A stretch of 63,631 nt of DNA, counting the filler, from Octopus bimaculoides (taxonomy: Eukaryota), in the NCBI RefSeq assembly GCF_001194135.2. It is 8 parts of 8 records of this genome, joined end to end, with 100 filler letters (N's around TTAATTAATTAA, not from the genome) between each part and the next. Parts side by side here need not be neighbours in the genome. Positions count along the whole stretch, not along the records: positions 12,876 to 40,798 come from NC_068999.1; 7 more parts are not named here. One strand, 5' to 3'. Every line of letters begins with the position of its first letter. Within the stretch, counting starts at the first letter, position 1. Positions 25,093 through 37,929 of this stretch are shown here, in pieces. The notes below the pieces were generated by a model that saw only the letters and a list, made by a program, of their open reading frames with translations, did not search any database and was not told the DNA's origin. A program made the translations under genes and the position numbers.

Positions 25093-25286
25093 GACTAGTT
25101 TCGTATTACACAGAAGACTCATCAGTCAGCGTTTGAACATAGGAACATAGATATGTTTATGGAAAATATAAACAATATTACGGGATAACGCAATTTTATA
25201 CGGTAATTATGCTTCTTAATTTCCAAACCTTGGATGAGTGCGTAAAGCGATCGCTGATGAGTGCTTAATGGCAGTCGAAACTAGTC
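25093..25286. ncRNA. Divergent pair of decayed hammerhead-like motifs
   Basis: Minus strand 25125-25093: CTGATGA-GTCTT..AATAC-GAAACTAGTC. Plus strand 25254-25286: CTGATGA-GTGC..GCAGTC-GAAACTAGTC. Stem I pairing is absent in both. Confidence 0.45.
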
Positions 25287-26255
25287 AAAAGGCGGAAAAC
25301 TGTTAAAATTGAGATAACGTCGGATACAATACCTCACTGTTTTCACATAGGTTCATGTCGCTTTGAGTTCAAGTCAAGGCGAGTTCAACTTTGCTTTTAA
25401 TAAATTCGGGCTTGTTAAAAAACAATCAAATCCAGGGTCGTAAATTGGTAAAATTCTTGGAACGTCAAATGAAAAAAAAAAAAAAAAAAAAAAAANNNNN
25501 NNNNNNNNNNNNNNNNNNNNNNNNNNNNNNNNNNNNNNNNNNNNNNNNNNNNNNNNNNNNNNNNNNNNNNNNNNNNNNNNNNNNNNNNNNNNNNNNNNNN
25601 NNNNNNNNNNNNNNNNNNNNNNNNNNNNNNNNNNNNNNNNNNNNNNNNNNNNNNNNNNNNNNNNNNNNNNNNNNNNNNNNNNNNNNNNNNNNNNNNNNNN
25701 NNNNNNNNNNNNNNNNNNNNNNNNNNNNNNNNNNNNNNNNNNNNNNNNNNNNNNNNNNNNNNNNNNNNNNNNNNNNNNNNNNNNNNNNNNNNNNNNNNNN
25801 NNNNNNNNNNNNNNNNNNNNNNNNNNNNNNNNNNNNNNNNNNNNNNNNNNNNNNNNNNNNNNNNNNNNNNNNNNNNNNNNNNNNNNNNNNNNNNNNNNNN
25901 NNNNNNNNNNNNNNNNNNNNNNNNNNNNNNNNNNNNNNNNNNNNNNNNNNNNNNNNNNNNNNNNNNNNNNNNNNNNNNNNNNNNNNNNNNNNNNNNNNNN
26001 NNNNNNNNNNNNNNNNNNNNNNNNNNNNNNNNNNNNNNNNNNNNNNNNNNNNNNNNNNNNNNNNNNNNNNNNNNNNNNNNNNNNNNNNNNNNNNNNNNNN
26101 NNNNNNNNNNNNNNNNNNNNNNNNNNNNNNNNNNNNNNNNNNNNNNNNNNNNNNNNNNNNNNNNNNNNNNNNNNNNNNNNNNNNNNNNNNNNNNNNNNNN
26201 NNNNNNNNNNNNNNNNNNNNNNNNNNNNNNNNNNNNNNNNNNNNNNNNNNNNNNN

Positions 26256-26288
<33 letters not shown>

Positions 26289-26319
26289 TTGTGGTAATAA
26301 GCGGTGTGGTTAAACAAGG

Positions 26320-26370
<51 letters not shown>

Positions 26371-26900
26371 GCCAGTACAATATGCATCGATTGAACCGAT
26401 TTCTTATATCATTAGACATCCACCAGGATAGGAATACCTGTCTTTTTCCCATGTAGATAATCGCTATTTATAGTATATACAAACTCGAATACAGCTAATT
26501 GCTCTGTCTAGTTTGCATAACAGTAACTGTGACACCTTGGATACACAGTTTCTTTTAATTCTTTTTAAATTTTGCAGAAATATGCGTCAACTTCAATTTA
26601 ATTTTCTTCATAAATCTAAAATTGTTTAGTTATATATTGACTTATCTGAAATATTTTTAATACATTACCTAAGCGTATGGGTTTTTCTTGTTTAGTGTTT
26701 ATATATGTTAAGAAATACAAACGTAAGTAAAACGTATGCACTCATTATACCTACCTGTGTGTGCGTGTACACGTGTGTGTGTGTTATATATATATATATA
26801 NNNNNNNNNNNNNNNNNNNNNNNNNNNNNNNNNNNNNNNNNNNNNNNNNNNNNNNNNNNNNNNNNNNNNNNNNNNNNNNNNNNNNNNNNNNNNNNNNNNN

Positions 26901-26925
26901 GTCGAAGAGCGTAGGCTCGAAACAT
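26901..26925 (+). ncRNA. Hammerhead-like half motif truncated by a gap (Penelope-type repeat)
   Basis: GTCGAA-GAGC-GTAG-GCTC-GAAAC has a perfect 4-bp stem II. The 5' core is lost in Ns or mutated. Confidence 0.35.
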
Positions 26926-27138
26926 AAAAGACTTTCTCAATTCCCGAGCGGTAAACTAGTACATCTGTTTGTTGTTTACACTCCCGTCTTCGTCTTTTGT
27001 TGTTTTTAAAAATTTATTTGTAAATTCTCACTATATATGTGTATACATATATAGTGAGATTGCGGATTTGCGTCTTGGACAGGAAATTTGTAGGTGTAAT
27101 CCCTTGGTCAGTCATGACCGAAGGGTGTCTTTACCCTT

Positions 27139-27187
<49 letters not shown>

Positions 27188-27197
27188 NNNNNNNNNN

Positions 27198-27254
<57 letters not shown>

Positions 27255-29139
27255 TTGTAAGTATCTGATTAACAAAATGGAATATATTAAGATGTAGTTT
27301 TGAAAATGCACCCTGGGTGCTTCTAAAAATAATAACGAGGAAATTAATATAATATACAATGATACGAATTGAATTTCACTTTAACGATTGTATTTGTTCT
27401 GTAGACGGTGAAGTCCAATCTAACAAACTCGCTGATATACTAAATTTGATCTTTGCAAACAACATATCTTTATTTATATTGTATACTCATACGATATTTG
27501 AGAATAGATGAATCATGCTTACATCAATATGATTATATCAACATTTTTATGTACGTCTTCTTACATGTAGAACGAACTTGTCTCAGATTTCTATATAATA
27601 ATTATTTTTATGAAATTTATATAGGCCAGATTTAAGCAGTTTGCATATTATACACACGTAGAGTATATATATATATATATATGAAGCAATTGCAGATAAA
27701 CATCGCCGGTCACATTTCCCTCAAAGAAAAATAGGCCGTGAAGATGCTTTTTGAGGATGGTGCAGAACACATTCACTTTTGGTGAGTCCCTCTCGTGCTC
27801 AACTGTGGCATGGGGATTTTCTTCGCCCCAAATGTGAACATTATGCTTATCGACTTTGCCATTCGTACGAAAGGCAATAAGTTATGGGGTTAATTTGTTC
27901 GACTAAAACATTTAAAGGCGGTACCCCAGTATATAAATATTTTTGTTTTTTTTTTAAGATTTTCAATGAACCCCATGTAGTTTATTGTTTCACTGTCATG
28001 TCACGAGAGCTCTTATCTCGATGAAACAATTCTAAAGGAAACCGGATGCAGTTGAGCGGGCAGATTTTAAAGCTGACGTGTTATAATTACACAAAACAGA
28101 AGCATCTTCTGCGATCGTTTTGGTACCGTTTCTGCCGTTTAAACATTCTATGGAAGCAATGAAACTTTATTCCAGCAGAACGCTTCTAATGCTTTCACTC
28201 TCACAAGGCGTACAACAAAACGAAGTATAGTTGGCAAGGTTAGACTTCACGAAGTAAGCAATATACGTTTTCTTCATTAACAGATTTAGCAAATCGGAAT
28301 CGTTTCTTAAAAACAAAATTGTAACCCTGGTGGTTTATTTGTAAACGTGCCAAGCAAATTTTTCTAATTCGCTCAGAACGCGCTTTTAAAACTCTAATTA
28401 ACTGCAATAAAATAGTGACTTAGGCATACATACCAGACGCCTGTAATAACAAACAATATATGATTATGACTTCTCATATCTATACCAGAACTAATAATCA
28501 GTCTATGTCGTTATGCCCATTATCATTATTTGCGAAGACAAATAATGGTAAGCTGGTGCAAATACTGGCAGACTGTTTGCAAATTTGCGTTTATAGATAA
28601 GAAGTTAAAAGATAGTAAGATTTTCAGATATTTATTTGTTGATTTTGTTTCGAAGTTGGTTAATCAGACGCTGTATTTTACTGGTACGAGTCAAAGAAAG
28701 AATTCTATGTTGCTGCTCGACTTTCTAGAAGTAGCAGCTAAATATCCTTCAAATCACTGGTGCTGTAAATGAATAGTTATCTCCCTTGTATTGACGAATA
28801 TATTCAGAGGGCACCGCATGTAATATTACTTGTGCTGCTTCATTTTCAAGGCTTTTTGGCGTTCCGACTCCTGTATTCTACACCTAAAGAGCATTTCACA
28901 ACATTTTCACTAATGGAGACCCTTCTAAAAAAATATTCTGAAAGGAAACGTAAATATTATTCTTTTATTCTTTTATATGCTTCAGCTCAACGGCTGTGGC
29001 CATGCTGGGGCACCGCCATTTACTAGTGCTCCCGCAGGGGGAAATGAACCTGTAACCCTCAGATTGTTATATATTCTATTAAACTTTTCCTTTCTCTTTA
29101 ATAAAGTTAAATTTCATAATACAGAAGAAGTAATAACGT

Positions 29140-29265
29140 TGCCATTGAGGCAGCGTGCTGGCAGAAACGTTAGCACGCCGGGCGAAATGCTTAGCGCTAT
29201 TTCGTCTGTCTTTACGTTCTGAGTTCATATTCCGCCAAGGTCTACTTTGCGTTTCATCCACAAGA
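29140..29265 (+). mobile_element. Family A SINE (head plus part of the body)
   Basis: GCTGGCAGAAACGTTAGCACGCCGGGCGAAATGCTTAGC...GAGTTCATATTCCGCC. Confidence 0.8.
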
Positions 29266-29269
29266 CCAC

Positions 29270-29735
29270 AGATCAGTCCCCACTCACTCTCAAGGTGAGA
29301 CCTAACACTCCAGCTGAAATCAGCTTTACCTTTCTTGTAGGCCACAAACAAACTGCCTGTCATGTACCGGAGACGGTTCTCGTAATTTCTGTATCTTTCT
29401 TGAGAAATTTGTTGTGATTTGATCTGGAGAAAGATAGGTTTTACCAGGTTCAAGAGACACCGTATTTTACGAGGGCACCCCTGTAACACCATCAATGTGC
29501 TGAAGGCTCAAAGCAAGGCAAGTCAAACGGGGTACGTTGAATAGATTAAGGAACAGTGGAAATCATCTTCAGGTCGAAGAATTGTCGCGAATAGTTGCAC
29601 CAGAGGAGACTCATCTAAAGCCAACTCAAAAGTAGATGGTGTTAACTGGTTAACAGCGATGTACCAGAAACCTCTTCGTGGTCGACCTGTCTGCGAATAA
29701 TACCAACTTTCGAATCTACCTTATCGTCTTTAGGA
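29270..29735 (-). pseudogene. Decayed reading frame of unknown origin (~155 codons, 2 internal stops)
   Basis: GRFESWYYSQTGRPRRGFWYIAVNQLTPSTFELALDESPLVQLFATILRPEDDFHCSLIYSTYPV*LALL*AFSTLMVLQGCPRKIRCLLNLVKPIFLQIKSQQ...YENRLRYMTGSLFVAYKKGKADFSWSV in a single frame. Not recognised. Confidence 0.35.
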
Positions 29736-30348
29736 AGTATACTTTGGATTATGTTTGCTTGAGGTTTCCTCGCACACAGTAAAAATACAGGATGATCAGA
29801 ACTGGAGTGCCTTTGATCATTATTCTGCTCGATGACAACTACCTGGGACTCAGCCACAACAGCAAAAGCGACAACAGTAACAATAACAACGACGAAACTT
29901 CCTGAAACCGGAAGTATTAAGTTATAGTCTAGTATCGGATCCAATTAGTAATCTCATTTGTTACATTGCTTCCTACATAAAGACACAGATTAATTGTTGT
30001 AACATTAGATATTCGTAATTGTATTTTTATTGTGAGTTTTTTTGTTTTGTTTACTTATTACTTTCATTAATCTATTGCACTATTTTGCCTCTAGTCACGT
30101 GTTAATGTTTGGCGAGAGAAGCGAAGGAGAGGTAATAGCTGAGGTGAGTGAGTTCAAAATATTTATTGCTTGTTTATATTACAGAGTTATTATTATCTAT
30201 AAGGAGCTTCCGAAGAGATATCAACACCGGTTGGATGAGAACCTCTGAAAAGAAAATGCCTAGGAAGCAAATGCTACAAAGTATTATACATGAATCAGTA
30301 AAAGACCCGTGAAAAAAATTAATGATGGTTTTTGCCTTTGTAAAATAG

Positions 30349-30424
30349 GAAGCACAAGTTCACAGAGTGAAATACGTTTTCTACGATGAGGAGGAAGTGG
30401 AGAAGCAGAAACCTGACGTTTCCG
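30349..30424 (+). CDS. Candidate internal exon (76 nt): EAQVHRVKYVFYDEEEVEKQKPDVS
   Basis: Acceptor TTTTTGCCTTTGTAAAATAG and donor CCG|GTAGGA. Only the phase-0 frame is open, and it ends in phase 1. If unspliced, the frame continues to TAG at 30546. Confidence 0.5.
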
Positions 30425-31410
30425 GTAGGAACAAGATCGAAATCGTAGATTCCTCCACCTCCTTTTCTCATTTTTCAACCTCTTCCTTCAAGTTCCCCTC
30501 TTCTTCACCAGAAGCTAACATATTCCACTTTGTGAACTTTTTGTAGTGTAAAGCGTTTCACTTGACTTTCGTTGCTTTTGCAGCCACTCTCTATTATAAC
30601 TAATGCGTACATGTCTGCATACATGTGCGGCTGTGTGTGAATGTGTGTGCGTGTGTGTATGTGTGTGTGTGCTTGTGTGTGTGTGTGTGCATGTGTGTAT
30701 GTATGTGTACGTACGTGTGTGTATGTGTGGGTGGCATTTTGCTATGTTGTATGCCTACAACGACACACAACTTCTTTTTCTCGTCTTCCCATTTCTTCAT
30801 CTTCTACTTAATCTTTTTTTTTTCTTCTTCATCTTCTCCTATCCTCTCCTCCTCCTCTTCCTCCTCTTCTTCTTACTACTACTACTACTTCATGATCATC
30901 ATGATCATCATCATATTCTTCTTCTTCTTCTTCTTCTTCTTCTTCTTCTTCTTCTTCTTCTTCTTCTTCTTCTTCTTCTTCTTTATTCATTAAACCTCTA
31001 TAATTCTTCCAGTTCTACCTACAAATCCATTTATAATTTTATGTTTGCCGATGTTGGTGGTAACTTTCCGCTGTCGCAAGTCAATGACGTCACACACTCA
31101 CGTATGACTTTCTCGTTCTTTTCCTTTTATGATAATTTTTGGTAACGCAGCGAAATTGTCTTTGGTGTCTTCCTAATGAAATTTGTGATTTTACTTGGGA
31201 ATTCTTTAGATATATTTGGCAAGTATTCTATGTGTTGTATCTTCATATAGTTTTCATAGATACTACATTAATATAGTAGGCAAAAATGCTGTCGATTAAT
31301 AAATTTCCTATGGGTCTTAGACATGTATATGCAGTGGTCTAAACTGGAATCGGATCCCCATTGAGACTTCGGAATTCGTTGTAGCATAGCATATTTCATT
31401 ACTCTCTCCG

Positions 31411-31444
<34 letters not shown>

Positions 31445-31551
31445 TCTCTCTCTCATGCACGCACACATGCGCATACACACACAAACATACATTTGCACAT
31501 AGACATATATATAGATGCATGCGTACATGTAATACATACATGTATATCATA

Positions 31552-31613
<62 letters not shown>

Positions 31614-32635
31614 AACATATATACATATTTATATACATTATATATGTGTATATCATATATATACGTATATATATATTTTTTGTAGTTTCAGCTCAGAGCA
31701 GTGGCCATGCTGGAGCACCGCCGTTTTGCTACACTGTTATTACTGAGAGCCTCACAAACAGAGAAACGAGACATGCAACATAAAGAATATTTCCCTTCAT
31801 CAGTTGTCCCTGTCCATCTACTCCGCGTATCGAAGGCAAGGACAAAAGGCGACTTCGTTGAAACAGTCCTTCCCGCAAAGCAAATTAAATAAAATTTGGG
31901 ATTTTTTGCTGAGAGTGAAAGTGCTAACAAGAACAAGACAGTAAAAACAAACGGTTAGGGCTGTTGAGCCAAGACGATAGAAAAATAATTATGAACNNNN
32001 NNNNNNNNNNNNNNNNNNNNNNNNNNNNNNNNNNNNNNNNNNNNNNNNNNNNNNNNNNNNNNNNNNNNNNNNNNNNNNNNNNNNNNNNNNNNNNNNNNNN
32101 NNNNNNNNNNNNNNNNNNNNNNNNNNNNNNNNNNNNNNNNNNNNNNNNNNNNNNNNNNNNNNNNNNNNNNNNNNNNNNNNNNNNNNNNNNNNNNNNNNNN
32201 NNNNNNNNNNNNNNNNNNNNNNNNNNNNNNNNNNNNNNNNNNNNNNNNNNNNNNNNNNNNNNNNNNNNNNNNNNNNNNNNNNNNNNNNNNNNNNNNNNNN
32301 NNNNNNNNNNNNNNNNNNNNNNNNNNNNNNNNNNNNNNNNNNNNNNNNNNNNNNNNNNNNNNNNNNNNNNNNNGGTCACAGTGGTTCTTTTACAACCATT
32401 CCGTGTTTCATTGGATACGACCGAAAATAAATAAGCAAACGAGCAAAAATAAACAGCAATAAAAAGGTAAAAAAATAGAAAATCGACTATAGGTATGCTC
32501 CATTAGATACATAGGTTGAAATAACTACAATATCAGCAACAATTCTGCATCAGTTGTACTTTTATTTTTATATTTTTTCTGATGCAGAGCTAGAACGTGA
32601 ATATTCAGTCTCGTTTGATTTTATACAAAATACTT

Positions 32636-33400
32636 AAAGACACGTTGGAATAGTTTGTATAAAAATATTTAGTATTGCTCCATACAATCCACCTCCCACA
32701 CACACTTACACACACACATGCGCACGTACACTAGAACATACACACACGCGTTCACACATACATATACACACACATATACAAGTGTGCTCATAGACACATG
32801 TGCACGTACACTCAGACATACACACACTCACACACACACATACATATACACACACACATATACACATGCGCACGTACGCTCAAACACATACGCACACGCG
32901 CATACATATACNNNNNNNNNNAAAGACACGTTGGAATAGTTTGTATAAAAATATTTAGTATTGCTCCATACTATCCACCTCCCACACACACACATACACA
33001 CATGCGCACGTACGCTCAAACACATACGCACACGCGCATACATATACACATACACACATATACAAGTGTGCTCATAGACACATGTGTACGTACACTCAAA
33101 CATATACACACTAACACACACACACATACATATATATACACACACACATACGAGTGTGCTCATAGACACATATATACACACATGCGCACGTACGCTCAAA
33201 CATACACGCACATGCGCATACATATACACACACATATACAAGTGTGCACATAGACACACACACACATACGCACACATGTGCACGTACACTCAAACATACA
33301 CGCACACACACATATACAAGTGTGAACATACATACACACACATGCAAGCATGCATACACACACACATACACACATACGCGCGTATACAAGCACCACTTCC
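32636..33400. repeat. CA-rich minisatellite (~80-bp unit) with a ~286-bp block duplicated across a 10-N gap
   Basis: AAAGACACGTTGGAATAGTTTGTATAAAAATATTTAGTATTGCTCCATAC at about 32636 and 32922. CATGCGCACGTACGCTCAAACA and ACAAGTGTGCTCATAGACAC recur. Confidence 0.85.
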
Positions 33401-33914
33401 ACAATCGTATGAGTTTATATAACTGACATCACAAGTGGAAAGTTATAAATCACGGAGAGAAGTAGTTTGACGGAAATAACTCCATTTATGAGGAGAATCT
33501 GCATTGAGTGTGAACGGAGGAGGGAATCTGATGAAATGTACACAGATCGATGTGAATGAAAAATGGTACATCACTAAAACACGGAAAAGCTTTCAGACAA
33601 TTCGAGAATTGTTTGGGAAAGATGCGCACTGTCTGAGTGGCAGTTAAGTTTATAAATACCAACGGTACGTCAGTGTAATACGGTGCACTCATATTTTGTG
33701 TATGAACCGAGTTCACAACCAGGATTTATTGTCTAGCAGTGGTTTGGCTAGTTGAGCGGTGTGTGCACACACATACAGACAGAAAAGAGAGGGAATAATT
33801 TATCTTACAATAATTCAACTGTTCATGGAATAATCTGGCGGTAATTTATCAAAGCTATTAATACACACGTAGAATGAAGGACTAAATTATATTTATACAT
33901 AGAAATGAGATTAT

Positions 33915-34830
33915 ATTATGTTCTCAAATAAATCCGTTCATTTCTTTTCAATGTTATTTGAATTAATGCAAAAAAAGTATTTTATCGTTGTGTCTTACCC
34001 GTTATTTTTTATTTGTAACTCTGCTGCTCCTTCATAACTTTTTGGTATCGTTTTGTAATTTTGAATAAATTTTACCTGTTTTCAGACATATGATCTTGGA
34101 GTGCCGAGTAGGAAAAAAGCATTTTCGACATCTAATATTCTTCGCTTTCAGTCAAAATTCCATAGCTGCCAAAGCCTCTCGAAACATTCGTGCTGTGTAC
34201 AGAGAAGGGTCTATCACTGAAAGAATTGAACAGGAATGGTGTTCACGTTTCAAAGAAAAGAAATTCGGTCTCATAGACTCTACACGTTCCTGCCGACCAG
34301 ATTCAGTTGAATTGGCCTAAATGATGGGATACTCTCATGAGACCATCACCCATTATCGTCACTCGATGGAACGAAAGACACAGACTCCAGTGCTCCTCTA
34401 TCGCTGCCAGTTTACTCATTCGACAGAAGGCTACTCGTAGACACAATCAGAGATTTCTTTATAGCATCGTCACCAGCTATGGAAAATGATGGCTTTTACA
34501 CCAATATGAAACGGAGGAAACAATGGTTGAGTCCCGACAAGCAAAAGGAACACCTGAAGCCAAGCCAGAGCTACGTCCACGGAAGGGTAGTGGAGTTGTT
34601 CTTGAAAGCAAACACACGGTCAATGCAGTGTTTTACGCTCAGCAAATGCACCAGCTTAACAAAGCAACCCGGCTGAAATGACCCGACCAGCGATACGGCG
34701 AGCTTTGTCAACATGACAATGCTCACTCCTACATCGCTAATTTGACCAAAAATGCTATTCAAGAGCTCGGTTGGGAAGTTCTATCGCATCTAGCTGGGCT
34801 CCGTTGGGAAGTTCTGTCGCATCCTAATAC
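33915..34830 (+). mobile_element. Mariner transposase remnant (dead, internally deleted)
   Basis: Contains HFRHLIFFAF...AAKASRNIRAVY...WCSRFKE...STRSCRP, later YTNMKRRKQWLSP, and HDNAHSYIANLTKNAIQELGWEVLSH. Frameshifted. Confidence 0.85.
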
Positions 34831-35301
34831 AGCACCTTCAAATACACATTGATTTCTTCAACGCCACAGAAAATTTAGACCAATCGACGCCATTTAAAAT
34901 TAAACAAATTGAAACAAAAGATAACATCAACAGTCAGTATTGTTTCCCAGAATGCAATTGTAAATGCCTTGTATTTTGTGTTTTACATTGGGAACATAAT
35001 TAAAGAGATGCCTGAAACCAGCTCACCATATCACCACCATAACAAGCTCCGTTCTTTATCGTACATAACCTAATATTGTATGTTTGATATCTTCATTAAT
35101 AAATGCATACAGACGCCAAAACTGTCCAAACAAACGTCTTGTTGAAGAGAACAACATCTCTACTACTTCTTTAACAGGCGAATGCATGCACACACGCTCA
35201 CATGCACACACGCTCATACGTACACATATATACAGATATATCTGCATGCATTCATCCGTATATACATATATAAATACATACGTACACGCACGCAAGCTTT
35301 T

Positions 35302-35385
<84 letters not shown>

Positions 35386-35785
35386 GTTCATACAAACATA
35401 CACATACACACATATACATACACACATATGTTATATATATATATATATATATATATACATGCATGCATATACATATATACATACATATATATATATATGT
35501 ATAAATGGCGGGATAAGGGATACCATGCGAACTCAGCATCATATGTCTGCATGTATGTATATACATACATATATATATATATAATATAATATATTATATT
35601 ATATTATATTATGTATATCTGTCATCACTGTTATGTTCTTGTTTATTTGGAGTTATATACGCATGCTACACAGTTTCTCCTGTTATGTAAACCAAATGTA
35701 CTTAGGTGGTCTCCGCATGCGTGGTGGTTGGTTTGGCATTTCACCAGTCTCGTACTAACCATTCCTCCTTCTTTCACTTCTACAG

Positions 35786-35919
35786 CCACTCCTCCCACCG
35801 CCTCTTCCTCTTGGCATGTATGGTCTTTATTTATTTTACATATTCTCATTGCCGTTTTTACATTCTTTTCAATTTCAAACCTCATTACACTTCTCTGTCT
35901 TATCCGTTATTATGTTTAG
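35786..35919 (+). CDS. Candidate terminal coding exon: (A)TPPTASSSWHVWSLFILHILIAVFTFFSISNLITLLCLIRYYV*
   Basis: Perfect TACTAAC branch point (35753-35759), a pyrimidine tract and CAG at 35783-35785. Phase 1 matches the exon at 30349. Ser/Ala/Thr spacer followed by a hydrophobic tail. AATAAA at 36280. Confidence 0.6.
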
Positions 35920-36559
35920 AAACAGAGGTACTGGTGATGATAAGAGCTGGTGGAAAACTTCTAAACTACATGCAGTCTACGGTTCCTCCCATTCTCTCCT
36001 ACATCCTTCTCTCAGCTCTGTAAAGTGAGCACCATTCATTCGGCTTTAATAATACTGTTCCCCCTTCTGGAGGAGAACACGATGACGTGGATTAAGAGTA
36101 TATTGAATTAGATTGGGTTGCCTACGTTCTGTCTACTTCAGGATGAAAGCTTCAGCATGTTCTCTCTGCAGTAACCGCGGTCTGATGTAGGGGCCGTGAT
36201 TTGAACTTGAGATCATACTAGTCTGATGAGACTGCTTTGCCATACTGGCCCGACATGGCTTCGCAGAAGAGGAGTGACTAATAAAATAGATGATAATTAT
36301 ACCTTGGAATACAATTTATCGACATCCACATCTCACTATTTCCAAAATTTGAAACAACGCGGTTGTAGGCACCCGGCCTGCTAGACATAGCAGCCAGAGG
36401 ATAATGTTGCAGAGAGTACGCTCTCCATAGAAAAATAGACGGGAAGGACAAAGTTGGAACGCTTTTGACATTTGATCTTCTCAATCAGTGCCGACTTGGA
36501 GCTTAAGTACTTCAACTTTCGTTTAATCGACAGAATTAGTATCTTTTAGCTTTCCCCTG

Positions 36560-36754
36560 TTTCAGTAATTAGACTGCGGCCAGGCTGGAGCACCGCTTCG
36601 AAGAATTTTTGCTCAAACGAATCGACTTCAGTACTTATGTTATTTTTTAAAGCTTGATTCTTATTCTATCGACATCTTTTATCGAACCATTAGGTTGCAG
36701 GGACGTAAACACACCGATACCGGTTGTCAAGTGGTAGTGACACACACGCACACA

Positions 36755-36806
<52 letters not shown>

Positions 36807-36979
36807 TATGTATGATGGGCTTCGTTCAGTTTCCGTCTACTAACTCCACATACAAGCCATTGGTCGGCCCGCGGCTATGGTAGAAGACACTTACGCAATG
36901 TGCCAGGCAGTAGGTTGAACCCGGACCCATGAGATTAGGAAGAAAGCTTTTTTTTTTACCACACAGCCACGCCTGCGCT
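36560..36979 (-). mobile_element. SINE family C, nearly full length, with internal (CA)n
   Basis: 3' module (GACTGCGGCCAGGCTGGAGCACCGC), (CA)n, then head ending ACCACACAGCCACGCCTGCGC. Confidence 0.8.
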
Positions 36980-37929
36980 TATGATAGATAAATAAAAACA
37001 AAAATCACCCATGTTCTAGAGTGTGATAAGATTTGAACCTTGATCTGAACGACGCCACCATCCCCACCATTATTACTGACGCCATCCTACCTCCGCCTAA
37101 CCACTCATTGTCCCCACCATCACCAACGGCAACACCGCTGCCATCACCAACATCACTACCACGACCACCACCACCATTTTTATGACCTTTACCTACGCCA
37201 CTAGCGTCAAGAAACACCGTTGCCACCACCGACTCNNNNNNNNNNNNNNNNNNNNNNNNNNNNNNNNNNNNNNNNNNNNNNNNNNNNNNNNNNNNNNNNN
37301 NNNNNNNNNNNNNNNNNNNNNNNNNNNNNNNNNNNNNNNNNNNGCGCGCGCGCGCATATCGTAATGTGCTGATTATGCGATTGTCCTGTTTTAAACATGG
37401 TTTAGCAAATAGCAATATAGCATTGAACGGAGTCGAAGCCAACGCTCTAATTTTAATTGAAGCAAATCGTCTTAACAGCTTTAACAACCTTAACAGTCAT
37501 GCATTTCGCAGCTGAGCATTTGAGAAATTTTATATTGAAAAGTTTATATAAATAATAGTGTAATAAGAACACATTACAGAATCTACACTGAAACCAAGCA
37601 GCTGCGTCAACAACAAACCCACTGCGTATGGTAAAAATATTTTGGTTATTAGGAGAAAAGAGAGAAAGGAAGGGCATGGAAATCAGCCACCCATTACCAT
37701 GTCACACAGACAAGACTATTATGTGTTTCAAGAAGATAAGGTTACGTAAACTTAGTTTGAAATAAATATGGAGGAATAAATAGATAAAAATTCTGAGCTA
37801 TTTTATGTCGTGTTGTGTTCTCGTTTTTGTTTGTTTTTCCTTATTGTCACATATTCCCTTCCTCCGCTCAACCTAGATTTCAGCGGATCAAATGCTTCTT
37901 TGATCTTATCATCTCTGGAATCGTGTACT

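Noticed and set aside
27695-27781. Exon with a perfect GTGAGT donor
   Set aside because: All frames from the nearest plausible acceptor are closed.
31795-31815. Minus-strand CTGATGAAGGG hammerhead
   Set aside because: No downstream GAAA box or stem II partner.
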